43,150 nt of DNA, taken from the NCBI GenBank assembly GCA_037142615.1, contig JBAXAI010000032.1, forward strand, positions 1 through 43,150, written 5' to 3'. The notes beneath the pieces are model-generated. The model did not search any database. It was not told the origin of the DNA and was given only the letters and a program-made list of their open reading frames with translations. The stretch is from Spirochaetales bacterium (lineage in GTDB: Bacteria > Spirochaetota > Spirochaetia > JABEVK01). Position numbers and translations under genes: made by a program. Each line of letters starts with the position of its first letter. Position 1 is the first letter of the stretch. This document shows positions 26,625-36,833 of this stretch, one piece after another.

Positions 26625-27218
26625 ATGAAACCGACCCCGCTTGTGACTTTGGTTCTGACAGCCCTGATGACGGGCCTGATGGTCGCTTCGGCCTTCTTCA
26701 CAGTTCCTTTTCCACAGGTCCCCCTGGTGCTCGCCAATGCTTTTGCCTGGCTGGCAGGCTTGTTGCTCGGGCCTGTTTGGGGAGCCTTCTCTGTCGCGCT
26801 TTATTTGTTGTTGGGCGCGTTCGGCCTGCCCGTGTTCGCTGGGGGCCACTCGGGGGTGCCCACGTTGCTGGGAACAACCGGCGGCTTCTTGCTGGGCTAC
26901 CTGCTGGCTGCGGTCGTCGTCGGCTTACTCCGCGATCCCAAGGGGAAGAGTTTGGCCCGTACTTCCTTGGCGACCTTGGCTGGACTGATGGTTATTTACC
27001 TGGCCGGGATTCCCTGGTTGGCGTACGTGGCGTTCCACGGGCCTGCAGGGTTCGAGGGGGCCAACCTGGTGCAAGCCATCTGGTGGTCGATCGGACAAAC
27101 AATTCCGGGCCTCTTTGTCGTCGGTGACCTGGTCAAGGCCGCCGGGGTCGTGGCAATCACTCTCACTTTGGCCCGCCTTCCGGGCCTTTCCCGCCTATGG
27201 TCCGCATCGAAAACCTGA
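26625..27218 (+). CDS. bioY: biotin ECF transporter substrate component BioY
   Basis: VPLVL, LYLLLGAFGLPVFAGG, GTTGGFLLGY and GDLVK motifs; SD AGGAG. Confidence 0.92.
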   Translation: MKPTPLVTLVLTALMTGLMVASAFFTVPFPQVPLVLANAFAWLAGLLLGPVWGAFSVALYLLLGAFGLPVFAGGHSGVPTLLGTTGGFLLGYLLAAVVVGLLRDPKGKSLARTSLATLAGLMVIYLAGIPWLAYVAFHGPAGFEGANLVQAIWWSIGQTIPGLFVVGDLVKAAGVVAITLTLARLPGLSRLWSASKT

Positions 27219-27940
27219 CTCACCGGTTCGACGACGGCGTGCTCGGCCTTGACGGCGTCAACTTGACCTTTGGTGCCGGCGAGTTTGTCATCCTCGCTGG
27301 CGAAAATGGTGCCGGCAAGACTCTTTTGATGCGCCACGTCGTGGGTCTCGCCGAGCCGACAGAGGGCCGAGTGCTGTTTGAGGGCCTCGAGATCGGGCGC
27401 CAGTTGCCCGGTGTCCGCGAAGCCGTAGGACTCGTGTTTCAGGATAGCGGGGCCCAGATCGTCGGTCTCACCGTGGGCGAGGAGGTCGCGTTTGGCCCTA
27501 CAAACCGCGGCTGGAGCTCGGCACGGATTGCACAGTCGAGTCAGCGAGCCCTGGAAGAGGTAGGCTTGGGCGGGCGCGAAGAACAGCCCTGCGGCCAGTT
27601 GTCGGGGGGCGAGCTCCGTCGGCTGGCCATCGCCGGGGTGCTTGCGCTCGCGCCCCGGATGATCGTGCTCGACGAACCCTTCACGGGGCTGGACTTCTCC
27701 GCCGTGCAAGCCGTTTTGAAGGCCCTGGTGGGGCTCCACCAGAGCGGAAAAACCGTAGTTGTGCTGACCCACGAACTCGACAAATGCCTTGCTCTCGCCA
27801 CCCGTCTGGTCTTGATGTCAAGGGGACGAATCGTGGGCGACGGAACACCTGCAGGCCTGTGGGAGGCAATTCCCTCGGTTCGAGTTCACCGCGCCCGGGG
27901 TGACGTCAGCCGTTTGGAAACCATGTCATGGCTCGGGTAG
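27197..27940 (+). CDS. ECF transporter ATPase (BioM/EcfA)
   Basis: Walker A GENGAGKT, VGLVFQD, signature LSGGE and Walker B IVLDEP. Confidence 0.92.
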   Translation: MVRIENLTHRFDDGVLGLDGVNLTFGAGEFVILAGENGAGKTLLMRHVVGLAEPTEGRVLFEGLEIGRQLPGVREAVGLVFQDSGAQIVGLTVGEEVAFGPTNRGWSSARIAQSSQRALEEVGLGGREEQPCGQLSGGELRRLAIAGVLALAPRMIVLDEPFTGLDFSAVQAVLKALVGLHQSGKTVVVLTHELDKCLALATRLVLMSRGRIVGDGTPAGLWEAIPSVRVHRARGDVSRLETMSWLG

Positions 27941-28644
27941 CGTTTCAGTACCGCGCTTCCACCCCGGCAGGCAGGTGGGACATACGCTGGCGGGTCGTCA
28001 GTGTGACCGTGTTCAGCGCGGCGGTTTTGGCTTCACCAGCCTGGGGTTTGGTTTTTTTGGCGGTGTCGCTCGTGCCAGGCCTGGCCGCAGCGAGGGTCAA
28101 ACCGGGCGATCTGGGCCGTTTGGCGCTCTCGCTGGCGCCATACTTTGCCTTCTTTGCCGGCGTGGGACTGCTTCTCACGCCGACGACTGGCCAAGCTGCG
28201 CTTTTGGGGTTGCAGAGCGCGCGACTCGCCCTGCTCTTCCTGGCCAGCCACTTCCTGCTGGTCACGGCCACCCCGCAGACCGTTGCACGCGGCATCCAGT
28301 GGTTCCTGAGACCGCTGGGCGCTCGGCGGGCTTGGCTGGGCGCCTCGATGGCCTCGTGGGCGCTGGCTGCCGTGCCACGGCTGGTCGATCAGGGCAAGGG
28401 ACTCCTTGAGGCGGCGGCGTTGCGCGGACTGCGACCCGCTCGGCGCCCCTTGGCGACGGTCAAGCTGGTGACGCTGGGTCTGCTGGTTCGCGTCGTACAG
28501 CAGGCCTCAATCACCGCTGACGCCCTCGAAACGCGGGGCTTTGGCACCCATGTCCCCAAACATGGCTTGGTCGCCCGGCCATCGGATGTACTTTGGTTCC
28601 TCCTCTGGACAGCCGTCTGTGCGACCGCCATGCTGATGCCATGA
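27928..28644 (+). CDS. ECF transporter transmembrane component (BioN/EcfT)
   Basis: Hydrophobic, with two conserved Arg motifs (ALRG and LETRGF), located directly after the ATPase. Confidence 0.85.
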   Translation: MARVAFQYRASTPAGRWDIRWRVVSVTVFSAAVLASPAWGLVFLAVSLVPGLAAARVKPGDLGRLALSLAPYFAFFAGVGLLLTPTTGQAALLGLQSARLALLFLASHFLLVTATPQTVARGIQWFLRPLGARRAWLGASMASWALAAVPRLVDQGKGLLEAAALRGLRPARRPLATVKLVTLGLLVRVVQQASITADALETRGFGTHVPKHGLVARPSDVLWFLLWTAVCATAMLMP

Positions 28645-29564
28645 AACGCAAACTTCCCTGGGGAAGCGTCTTTTTGGCACTCGCCTTTGCCGGTTGGCTT
28701 GCCAGCAATCTTCCTCCTTGGCCAGAAGGGTGGATCACGGCTGTGATCCGGGCGTTTTTCGACGGGTCACTGGCGGGGGCGCTGGCCGACTGGTTTGCCG
28801 TCACCGCGTTGTTCCGCAAGCCGGCTGGATTGCCCTTTCCCCATACAGACCTCCTGGTCCGCAGAAAAGCTGAACTGGCGCAGGCCCTTCCCCGTTTCCT
28901 CACCGGTTTTCTGGAGCCAGCCCACCTCCATCCGTTGCTGCGGGAACTCGACTATGCCACGGCGCTCGAGACGCACTGGGACTCGGCCGCCCTGTCGCGC
29001 TGGTTGGGCGAACCCGTCGCGGCCGGCTGGGCCAACCAAGCGCTGACCGGTGCGGCCCGGTTGCTTCATGACGACCTGGCCCGCCGCCGCCCCGATTTGC
29101 TGGATCCGGTCACAGGCCTGATCAAAAAACGGGCCGGCTGGAAAGGCCTGTTCGTGGGGCGTGATACGGTCGATGAGCTGTTCGAGGGTCTGCTGGCCGA
29201 GCTGGAGGCCGTTCACGACGACCCAAGGCACCCGGTGCGCCCGCTCCTGCTGCAGGCGCTCAGCGATTCTCTGGTCCGCTGGTCCGACCCGCCTCCGTGG
29301 GGAACCACCGCCGAAGCCAGACGGGCCTTCAACCTACAGGCCGCCGATGCCGTGATCCGGCTATGGGTGGCCACGGGCGCCGCCGAGAAACTCGCTGCGT
29401 CACTGACGTTTGTCCTTCAAAAAACCGACGCCCGCGAGTTGTCTGAGCGGATCCGGATGGCCGTCGGCGAGGATCTCCAAGCTATCCGAGTCAATGGGGC
29501 GCTCGTGGGCGGCCTCGCGGGGGTCTTGCTCCAGACGGCTACGAGCCTTATTCTGGGCCGATGA
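28641..29564 (+). CDS. DUF445 family membrane protein
   Basis: GALADWFAVTALFR..P.GLP.PHT and DLQAIRVNGALVGG motifs; ATGA coupling at 28641. Confidence 0.85.
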   Translation: MKRKLPWGSVFLALAFAGWLASNLPPWPEGWITAVIRAFFDGSLAGALADWFAVTALFRKPAGLPFPHTDLLVRRKAELAQALPRFLTGFLEPAHLHPLLRELDYATALETHWDSAALSRWLGEPVAAGWANQALTGAARLLHDDLARRRPDLLDPVTGLIKKRAGWKGLFVGRDTVDELFEGLLAELEAVHDDPRHPVRPLLLQALSDSLVRWSDPPPWGTTAEARRAFNLQAADAVIRLWVATGAAEKLAASLTFVLQKTDARELSERIRMAVGEDLQAIRVNGALVGGLAGVLLQTATSLILGR

Positions 29565-30676
29565 ACCTCAAGGAAATCCGTCGTTTTCGCGAAAACTGGC
29601 AAGCCGAAAGTGAAGCTGTGTACCTGTACCGCCGCCTCAAAGACAACGAAGACAATCCCAAGCTGAAGGAAGTCTACGAAAAGCTCGCGGTCAACGAAGA
29701 AAAACACGTCGCCATCTGGGCCGGCAAACTCGCGTCCCTCGGTGTGCCCCTCAAATTGTTCCGGCCGCGTTTCAAGCCTCAGTTCCTCGCACTGCTCGCG
29801 GGAACGCTGGGCGCCGGGTCGGTCATTCCGCTGATCGCCAGCATCGAGCGCAACGCGGCTCAAGAGTATGCCGGCCAAACCGAGAACGAAATCCCGGCCT
29901 TGGTCCGAGACGAGTCCAGCCATGCCCGGGTGTTCAGTTACCTCGCCCGCAACGGCTCAGGCTTGGAAGGCAGCGCGGTAGCCCGTTTTGAGGGCCGCCA
30001 CCACACCGGGGGCAATGCTCTCCGTGCCGGGGTCCTCGGAGCCAACGACGGCCTGGTGAGCGTGTTCTGCATCGTGATGGGCGTCGCGGGGGCCGCGCAG
30101 AGTTCGTCCGTGATTCTGATCACCGGTGTGGCGGGACTCCTGGCCTGTGCGCTCTCGATGGCGCTCGGCGAGTGGCTGAGCGTGCAAAATGCCCGCGAGC
30201 TCTACCAAAACCAGTTGAAGATCGAAGAACAAGAGCTCGAAGAGGCTCCGGAAGAAGAAAAAGAAGAGCTGATCCTGATCTACCAGGCCAAGGGCGTGGA
30301 ACGCGGCCAGGCCGAGCGCATGGTCGAACAGATCTTCCAGGACAAGGCGACGGCCATCGACACCCTCGTGCGCGAAGAGTTGGCCATCGACCCCGAAGAA
30401 CTTGGCGGCTCGGCCTGGGAAGCGGCCCTGACCAGCTTCGTTTTGTGCCTGGTAGGGGGCATTTTGCCGGTTTTTCCCTACTTTTTGTGGACTGGTCCGA
30501 CAGCCGTGCTGGCAAGCGCCCTTTCGTCGGTCGTGGGACTGTTCGTCTTGGGCTTCATCAGCTCGCTGATCACAGGCCTGAACTGGGTGTGGGGAGCAGC
30601 GCGCCAGATTCTGTTCGGTGTCGCTGCAGCTGCCGTGACCTACGGCATCGGCATGCTCATCGGCCGGATGCCGTGA
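29561..30676 (+). CDS. ferritin-like domain fused to VIT1/CCC1 Fe/Mn transporter
   Basis: N-terminal E...EEKH and E...ESSH motifs; LRAGVLGANDGLVS and SMALGEWLSV. Confidence 0.92.
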   Translation: MNLKEIRRFRENWQAESEAVYLYRRLKDNEDNPKLKEVYEKLAVNEEKHVAIWAGKLASLGVPLKLFRPRFKPQFLALLAGTLGAGSVIPLIASIERNAAQEYAGQTENEIPALVRDESSHARVFSYLARNGSGLEGSAVARFEGRHHTGGNALRAGVLGANDGLVSVFCIVMGVAGAAQSSSVILITGVAGLLACALSMALGEWLSVQNARELYQNQLKIEEQELEEAPEEEKEELILIYQAKGVERGQAERMVEQIFQDKATAIDTLVREELAIDPEELGGSAWEAALTSFVLCLVGGILPVFPYFLWTGPTAVLASALSSVVGLFVLGFISSLITGLNWVWGAARQILFGVAAAAVTYGIGMLIGRMP

Positions 30677-30694
30677 GAGTCCTGTTCGACGTGA

Positions 30695-31228
30695 TCAGTT
30701 CAGGCGATCGCGGGTAACCAGGGCTTCGCCGTTATCACTTCGGACCCACATCTCGCCGTCTTGAAGGGTCACAGACAGGTCCATTGACTTGGTAGCAAGG
30801 GTTGCCAGCGCAGAGACTTGAGCCGGGTCTACGTTGTAGACCGTCAGGTTTCGGGCCTTGGCGACCTTGCCTGCCACGCCGTCCCACCAGAGCGCCGGAT
30901 TGGAGCGGCTATGGTAAAGCGTGACCAAACGTGCGCGACCGCAGGCCCGGAGAATCGTCCTCTCATCGGGCTGCCCCAAATCGATCCAGTGTTCGATCTC
31001 ACCCGTCAAGCTCTTGTCCCACAGTTCGGGCTCGTCAGGATCGGTGAGCCCGTTGGCGAGGCTCAGCGACTCGGAAGCATGCCAGCAATACACCGCCAGT
31101 CGCAGCATCAGGCGTTCCTCGTTTTCGCTGGGGTGCATGGCGACGGTCAGGTCGTGGTCGGCGTAGTACCCTCGGTCCATGTCGCTGAGGTTGAGTTTCA
31201 CTTTGAAGACCGTGGCACGCGGAGCCAT
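30695..31228 (-). CDS. yaeQ: YaeQ family protein
   Basis: LSDMDRGYY...HPSENEERLMLRL, DEPELW and WIDLGQPD. Confidence 0.93.
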   Translation of the reverse strand: MAPRATVFKVKLNLSDMDRGYYADHDLTVAMHPSENEERLMLRLAVYCWHASESLSLANGLTDPDEPELWDKSLTGEIEHWIDLGQPDERTILRACGRARLVTLYHSRSNPALWWDGVAGKVAKARNLTVYNVDPAQVSALATLATKSMDLSVTLQDGEMWVRSDNGEALVTRDRLN

Positions 31229-32457
31229 CAGCTCACCACGAAACGGAACAGGCGTTTCTTGCCGGCACGGATCAGGAAGGCGCCTTCCACAAGCCGGTCA
31301 AGCGAGGCTTGGTCGTCGACGGAGCCTATTTTGACGTCGTTGACGGCAGCGCCACCCTGGGCTATGAGCTGGCGCGCTTCACGCTTCGACGGGGCCAACC
31401 CCGCCTCCACCAACAAATCGACCCAGGAGACCCCCGCCTCGATCCGGCTCCGCGCCAAAGTTGCCGAGGGGATGGCGGCGACATCGGTTCCGCTCCCGCC
31501 AAAGGCTGAGCGGGCGGCCTCCCTCGCATGATCGGCGGCATCCTTGCCGTGAACCAGGTTGGTCATTTCCCACGCCAGGCGCTCCTTGGCCGCGTTGATT
31601 CGCCCGTCGCGGTGGGCCGTCAGCTCGGCAATCTCGCCCAGTTCGAGGAAGGTGAAGATCTTGAAGAACTTGGAAACGTCGTCGTCGTGCACGTTGCGCC
31701 AGTACTGGTAGAACTCAAACACCGGGGTCTTCTCGGCGTCAAGAAAGATGGCTCCCTTTTCGGTCTTTCCCATCTTTTTGCCATCGCTGGTGGTGAGCAG
31801 GGGGAAGGTGAGAACAAAGACCTCGTCGCCCCCCATCCGGCGGGTCAAATCGATGCCCGACACCATGTTGCCCCACTGATCGTCACCTCCGACCTGCAGT
31901 CGCACGCCGTGCAACTGGTTGAGCTTCATGAAGTCGTAACTCTGCAAAAGGATGTAGTTGAACTCGATGAAGCTGAGCCCCGTTTCGAGGCGCATCTTGT
32001 AGGTTTCGAAGGCCAGCATACGATTGACGCTGAAGTGAACCCCGACGTCGCGGAGCATTTCGATGTAGTTGAGTTTCAGCAACCATTCGGCATTGTCGAC
32101 GAGTTGAGCTTTGCCAGGACCAAACTCCAGAAACCCCGCCATCTGCGAGCGGAAGCCGGCTGAGTTGGCGGCAATGGTCGCGTCGTCCATCATTTTTCGC
32201 ATTTCGGTCTTGCCGCTGGGGTCGCCGATGCGGCTGGTGCCTCCGCCGACAAGCGCGAACGGACGGTGCCCGGCGCGTTGAAGATGAGCCATCGCCATCA
32301 GCGGGACGAGATGGCCCACGGTAAGGCTGGGCCCCGTGGGGTCGAAGCCGCAGTACAGGCTCACGGGGCCCGCTGCCATGAGCTTGGCAAGGCCGTTCTC
32401 GTCGGAGCACTGCTGGAACAGGCCTCGGTCTTTCATCATAGTCAGGGCATCCGACAT
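31228..32457 (-). CDS. tyrS: tyrosine--tRNA ligase
   Basis: YCGFDPT, HIGH-like TVGH, GDPSGK, QVGGDDQWGN, KMGKT and a C-terminal S4 domain. Confidence 0.97.
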   Translation of the reverse strand: MSDALTMMKDRGLFQQCSDENGLAKLMAAGPVSLYCGFDPTGPSLTVGHLVPLMAMAHLQRAGHRPFALVGGGTSRIGDPSGKTEMRKMMDDATIAANSAGFRSQMAGFLEFGPGKAQLVDNAEWLLKLNYIEMLRDVGVHFSVNRMLAFETYKMRLETGLSFIEFNYILLQSYDFMKLNQLHGVRLQVGGDDQWGNMVSGIDLTRRMGGDEVFVLTFPLLTTSDGKKMGKTEKGAIFLDAEKTPVFEFYQYWRNVHDDDVSKFFKIFTFLELGEIAELTAHRDGRINAAKERLAWEMTNLVHGKDAADHAREAARSAFGGSGTDVAAIPSATLARSRIEAGVSWVDLLVEAGLAPSKREARQLIAQGGAAVNDVKIGSVDDQASLDRLVEGAFLIRAGKKRLFRFVVS

Positions 32458-32561
32458 GCAACAACTCCTCGAGAGCCCTCCACGAAAGAGGGGGTTTTCC
32501 TACGGGACTTTACCCTTTGCACTATTGCGTTTCAAGTGTATACAACTAGGGGAGGGACCAA

Positions 32562-34814
32562 TTGATTCAACTTTCCATTCGAAACAGTCTGATCTTGGCG
32601 CTGAGTCTTGTCATTTTGTTAGTGGCTGGAGCTACAGCCATCTCGATGAACAGCGCTTTGGGCGTTCAGCAGACCGTAGCCGAGCTCACCCGCGCCGACG
32701 ACCAGCGCAATCTGCTTACCGACCTGGAATTGCAGACGGCCAACGTGTGGCAGTACCTGACCGATGCCGCCCTCACGCAGGACGATACGTCGATCAAAGA
32801 TGGCGCGACAACGGCCCTGAAGGCCGCCAAGGCCGACCTGCGCCAGGTCATCGGTCTCGAGCCCGACCCGGCTGTAAAAGAGAGCTTGACCAATTTTGCG
32901 CCACGCCTCGACGCCCTGTTCGAAAGTGGTTCGGCGATGATGTCGGCCTACGCCCGGAGCAAAAAGAACGGCGACGCTTCCATGGTGCTGTTCGACGCCT
33001 CTGGAGCTGACCTGCTGAAGGCGCTGGCCCCGCTGACCCTACCAATTCTGGAGCGGCGCCGCACCCTTGCAGTCCAGATGACCAACGCCTCCCGAGACCA
33101 ATCCAACGCTTTGGCCGTCGTGAGCCTGGTGATGGTCATCCTGCTCTTGTTGGGCGGGCTGCTTCTCCTGCGCCGAATCGTGCGACCCCTGCGGCAAGTT
33201 TCGCAGTCGTTGCGCAACCTGGCCGAAAGCGAAGGGAATCTGGCACTTCGGCTCGACACCCACCGGCGTGACGAGATTGCCGAACTTTCCGGCCGGTTCA
33301 ACCAATTCAGTTCCAAGCTGCAGACTATTCTGGTCAACGTGGGCGAGTTGGTGGCAAAGAATCAAAAAGTGGCTTCTCATCTGAGCACTTCGTCCCGCGA
33401 AACCGCCGAATCGGTCGCGGTGCTGGTTAAGTCGGTAGCGGCCATCGAGAGTGACATGCATACCCTCGACGGTTCTATCGAGACTTCCTCCTCGGCCATC
33501 GAGCAAATCATGGCCTCGCTGAACGCACTCGCCAGTCAAGCCGACTACCAGTTTGCGGCCATTGAAAACTCCTCAAGCGCCATCGAGGAGATTCTCGCGT
33601 CGGTTGCCAATGTGGCAGGAATCGCCGACGAGAGAAACCGCGCCGTGGGCAGCCTGGTGGATCTCATCCGCGTCGGCGGAGAGAAGGTCACAACGACCAA
33701 TGAGATCATCAACGACATTTCGCAAAGTGCCGAGACCATGCTCGAGGCCATCGACATCATCAACAACATTGCGAGTCAGACAAACCTGTTGGCGATGAAC
33801 GCCGCCATCGAAGCCGCACACGCAGGCGATGCCGGCAAAGGTTTCTCGGTGGTGGCTGACGAAATCCGCAAGCTCGCCGAAGACACGTCGAGCAATGCGT
33901 CGGGTATCGCCCGCGCACTCAAGCACACCACGGGCCGCATCCGCGAGGCTCGCGCCGCTGGAAACCAGAGTGGCGAGGCACTCGAGGAGATTTCCACCGA
34001 AGTTGCCGGGTTTTCGCAGGCGATGGGTCACGTGTCGGCCTCGATGCAGGAGTTGGCGAGCGCGGGCCAGGACGTGCTCAGTTCGATCGGTACCATGGTG
34101 GCCACTAGCGAGAGTCTGCGCTCCAGTTCCGGTGAGATGCGGCTTGGTACCGAAGAGATTCTGACGTCGGTGCATCATGTGGGTGAGGTGTCCAGCCGGA
34201 CCCTCGACGCCACGACGGCCTTGGCCGAGGCAGCCAAGCAACTCGGCTTCCTCTCGCTGCAGGTTTCTGCCTTCAGCAACCAAAACCGCTACAACAATAC
34301 GCTGCTTAGCTACGAGACGAGTCGAATCAACACAGGCATCGAGGTGTCCGGGGGAACCGAAGGAACTCTGGGGGGCATTGACTGGTCAGACGTTCTGTCG
34401 GTAGGAATCGCCAAGATGGACGACGAGCACAAGGAGCTGTTTGTCCGCATCAATGCGTTGTTCCGCCACGTGCTTTCGCAGTCGACCGACGGTGCCCAGT
34501 TGGATAGGATCGTGGCCTTTATCCGGGAATACGTTGACTTCCACTTCACAGACGAGGAGCAGATGCTGGTAGCGAACAAGTATCCCAAGTTCGCTGAGCA
34601 CAAGAAACTCCACGAGGCCTTCCGGCGTGAGTTTGAGGTCATTACCGAACGGCTCAAGACCGAAGGGTTCAGCGCCCGTCTGCTGATCGTCATTCAAGAC
34701 AAGGTGGTCAACTGGCTGCTCGAACACATCGCCAAGGTAGACCACGATTACGGCGAGTTTCTCAGGAACCGGGGGAATCCGCTCCCGGGGCGAGCTTCTC
34801 CAGCCAAGCCATAA
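32562..34814 (+). CDS. methyl-accepting chemotaxis protein with C-terminal hemerythrin domain
   Basis: TTG start after GGAGG; 2 TMs; HAMP; [20 protein letters not shown]...[14 protein letters not shown]; hemerythrin ligands EHK, HF..EE, H...H and H....D. Confidence 0.95.
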   Translation: MIQLSIRNSLILALSLVILLVAGATAISMNSALGVQQTVAELTRADDQRNLLTDLELQTANVWQYLTDAALTQDDTSIKDGATTALKAAKADLRQVIGLEPDPAVKESLTNFAPRLDALFESGSAMMSAYARSKKNGDASMVLFDASGADLLKALAPLTLPILERRRTLAVQMTNASRDQSNALAVVSLVMVILLLLGGLLLLRRIVRPLRQVSQSLRNLAESEGNLALRLDTHRRDEIAELSGRFNQFSSKLQTILVNVGELVAKNQKVASHLSTSSRETAESVAVLVKSVAAIESDMHTLDGSIETSSSAIEQIMASLNALASQADYQFAAIENSSSAIEEILASVANVAGIADERNRAVGSLVDLIRVGGEKVTTTNEIINDISQSAETMLEAIDIINNIASQTNLLAMNAAIEAAHAGDAGKGFSVVADEIRKLAEDTSSNASGIARALKHTTGRIREARAAGNQSGEALEEISTEVAGFSQAMGHVSASMQELASAGQDVLSSIGTMVATSESLRSSSGEMRLGTEEILTSVHHVGEVSSRTLDATTALAEAAKQLGFLSLQVSAFSNQNRYNNTLLSYETSRINTGIEVSGGTEGTLGGIDWSDVLSVGIAKMDDEHKELFVRINALFRHVLSQSTDGAQLDRIVAFIREYVDFHFTDEEQMLVANKYPKFAEHKKLHEAFRREFEVITERLKTEGFSARLLIVIQDKVVNWLLEHIAKVDHDYGEFLRNRGNPLPGRASPAKP

Positions 34815-35487
34815 GCGGTTTCCGAAAGATCACTCCGACAAGAAGGCAACCGCCGGCGAGGGCTGAAATGGCGAGGGCGACGGTCCAGTTCTCGGTGGCG
34901 GCCGCCTCGCCGATGAGCATGGCACCGACGAGGGCGGGTGTGTGGCCAATCAGCGACACCGCAAGGAAGACCCAGAGGTTCAAGCGGGTAAGCCCGCCAA
35001 GGTACGACAAAATGTGTTTGGGCAGGCCCGGTATCAGAAAGAGGAAGAAGAAGACAATCAGGGCCTTGGGCCCCGAAACCAAGGGTTCGAACTTCTCGAC
35101 GTGTTCCTTACCAAAAACCTTCTGCACAAAGCTCAGGCCGAGCTTTCGGGCGATAAAGAAGCAAAACACGGTTGCAAGACCCGCACCGAGGGTGGCCCAC
35201 ACCGTGCCCCAAAAGGCACCGAAAAGGAAGCCGCCGGCGATCATCGGAACTTCGCCGGGCATAATCACGGTGACACCCAGAACAAAGTTCATTGCCACGT
35301 AGACGACGGGGGCCCACACCCCAAACGGTTGCATCCAGGCCCGGATTTTCTGCGGATCAGTCGCCAGCCCCCAGACCAAGCCCCAGTTGAGCGCCATCCA
35401 AACCAGCAGAGACAGCAAGACGGCGCCCAGAAGTGCGGGGCCGACCCACTTCTGCCAGCCAGCGGCAGGTTTTGTCGAGTTTTCCAT
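34762..35487 (-). CDS. TVP38/TMEM64 (DedA/VTT) membrane protein
   Basis: Start at ATG 35487; PGEV...GGFLFG...G; FFIARKLG; FLIPGLPK. Confidence 0.88.
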   Translation of the reverse strand: MENSTKPAAGWQKWVGPALLGAVLLSLLVWMALNWGLVWGLATDPQKIRAWMQPFGVWAPVVYVAMNFVLGVTVIMPGEVPMIAGGFLFGAFWGTVWATLGAGLATVFCFFIARKLGLSFVQKVFGKEHVEKFEPLVSGPKALIVFFFLFLIPGLPKHILSYLGGLTRLNLWVFLAVSLIGHTPALVGAMLIGEAAATENWTVALAISALAGGCLLVGVIFRKPLMAWLEKLAPGADSPGS

Positions 35488-35532
35488 AGACGTAAGGCTA
35501 GCCGATGTTATCCTGTTAGGGAAGGAGACCCC

Positions 35533-36816
35533 ATGATCCCGAATCGTTCCGAACTCGCCTTTGAACAGGCCAGCGAGATCTTTCCTGGCGGAGTCAACTC
35601 GCCGGTAAGGAGTTTCCGGGCCGTAGGCGGTACGCCGGTGTTCTTCCGCAGTGCCCGCGGTGCGGTACTGACCGACACCGACGGCAAAGAGTACCTGGAC
35701 TTTGTTCAGGGCTGGGGAACTCACCTTCTCGGTCACACGCCCGCCTCGGTGGTCCAGGCGGTGCGTAAGCAGGCCCTCCTTCTGATGAGTTCGGGGGCTC
35801 CCACCCAGCTCGAGACCGATCTGGCACGCGAGATCCGAAAAGCGCTTCCCAGCATGGAAAAAATGCGTTTCGTCAATTCGGGTACCGAAGCGGTGATGAG
35901 CGCGGTGCGGGTCGCCCGGGCTGCGACTGCCAGGCCGCTGGTCATCAAGTTTGACGGGTGCTACCACGGCCATAGCGACGGCCTCCTGGTGCAACCGGGT
36001 TCGGGTCTCAGCTCGGTCGGGTTGCCGTCGAGTTCGGGGGTCGATCCGCGCCAGGCGTCGGGAACCATCAGCATTCCCTTCAACGATCTGAGTGCGGTGC
36101 AGGCTGCCTTCGAGGCTAAGCCCGAAAAAATCGCCGCAGTTCTGGTGGAACCTGTCGCGGCCAACATGGGGGTCGTGCCGTCCCGGCCGGGCTATCTGGC
36201 GGGGCTCAGACGCCTGTGCCATCAAAACGGCGCCCTTCTCATTTTTGACGAAGGTATCAGCGCCTTCCGCTTCTGCTATGGCGGGGCACAGTCCCTTTTC
36301 GACGTGCAGCCCGACCTGACCACCCTGGGCAAAACCCTGGGCGGGGGTCTTCCGGTCGGGGCCTACGGCGGCCGAAAAGATCTCATGAATCTGGTTTCGC
36401 CCCAAGGACCCGTGTATCAGGCCGGGACGCTTTCGGGAAGCCCGCTGGCCATGGCCGCGGGAATGGCCGTGCTGGCCAGCCTGCAGAAACGCAACTACTA
36501 CGAGAAGCTTGAGGATCTGACCGGGTACTGGAGTATGGGGCTCAAACGCCTGGTGACACCGGGAAGGGCTACGGTTAACACGCTGGGAGGCCTGTTTACC
36601 CTCTTTTTCCACAAAAGCTCGGTGACCGACTTTGCCAGCGCCAACGCTGCCGACCAGGACACCTACGCCCGCTTCTTCCACCGTTTGCTAGGTCGCGGGG
36701 TGTATTTTCCTCCCTCGGCCTTCGAGGCAGGCTTTGTGGGCTCCGCTCACACCAAAGCCCAGCTGCGAAAAGCCCTCATCGCGGTGGAACAGGCCTTGAC
36801 CGACATGCATTTCTAG
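35533..36816 (+). CDS. hemL: glutamate-1-semialdehyde 2,1-aminomutase
   Basis: PGGVNSPVR, RFVNSGTEA, KFDGCYHGH, PLP lysine in TTLGK, YQAGTLSG and PSAFE; SD GAAGGAG. Confidence 0.9.
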   Translation: MIPNRSELAFEQASEIFPGGVNSPVRSFRAVGGTPVFFRSARGAVLTDTDGKEYLDFVQGWGTHLLGHTPASVVQAVRKQALLLMSSGAPTQLETDLAREIRKALPSMEKMRFVNSGTEAVMSAVRVARAATARPLVIKFDGCYHGHSDGLLVQPGSGLSSVGLPSSSGVDPRQASGTISIPFNDLSAVQAAFEAKPEKIAAVLVEPVAANMGVVPSRPGYLAGLRRLCHQNGALLIFDEGISAFRFCYGGAQSLFDVQPDLTTLGKTLGGGLPVGAYGGRKDLMNLVSPQGPVYQAGTLSGSPLAMAAGMAVLASLQKRNYYEKLEDLTGYWSMGLKRLVTPGRATVNTLGGLFTLFFHKSSVTDFASANAADQDTYARFFHRLLGRGVYFPPSAFEAGFVGSAHTKAQLRKALIAVEQALTDMHF

Positions 36817-36833
36817 GGCCGGCACGGTCCTAG
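36813..36833. terminator. hairpin between convergent hemL and lysE
   Basis: CTAGGGCCG-gca-CGGTCCTAG: 9-bp stem with one G-U pair and no T tract. Confidence 0.45.

Noticed and set aside
32458-32561. Possible T-box upstream of tyrS
   Set aside because: About 100 bp shared with a divergent promoter; no T-box consensus and no room for stem I.
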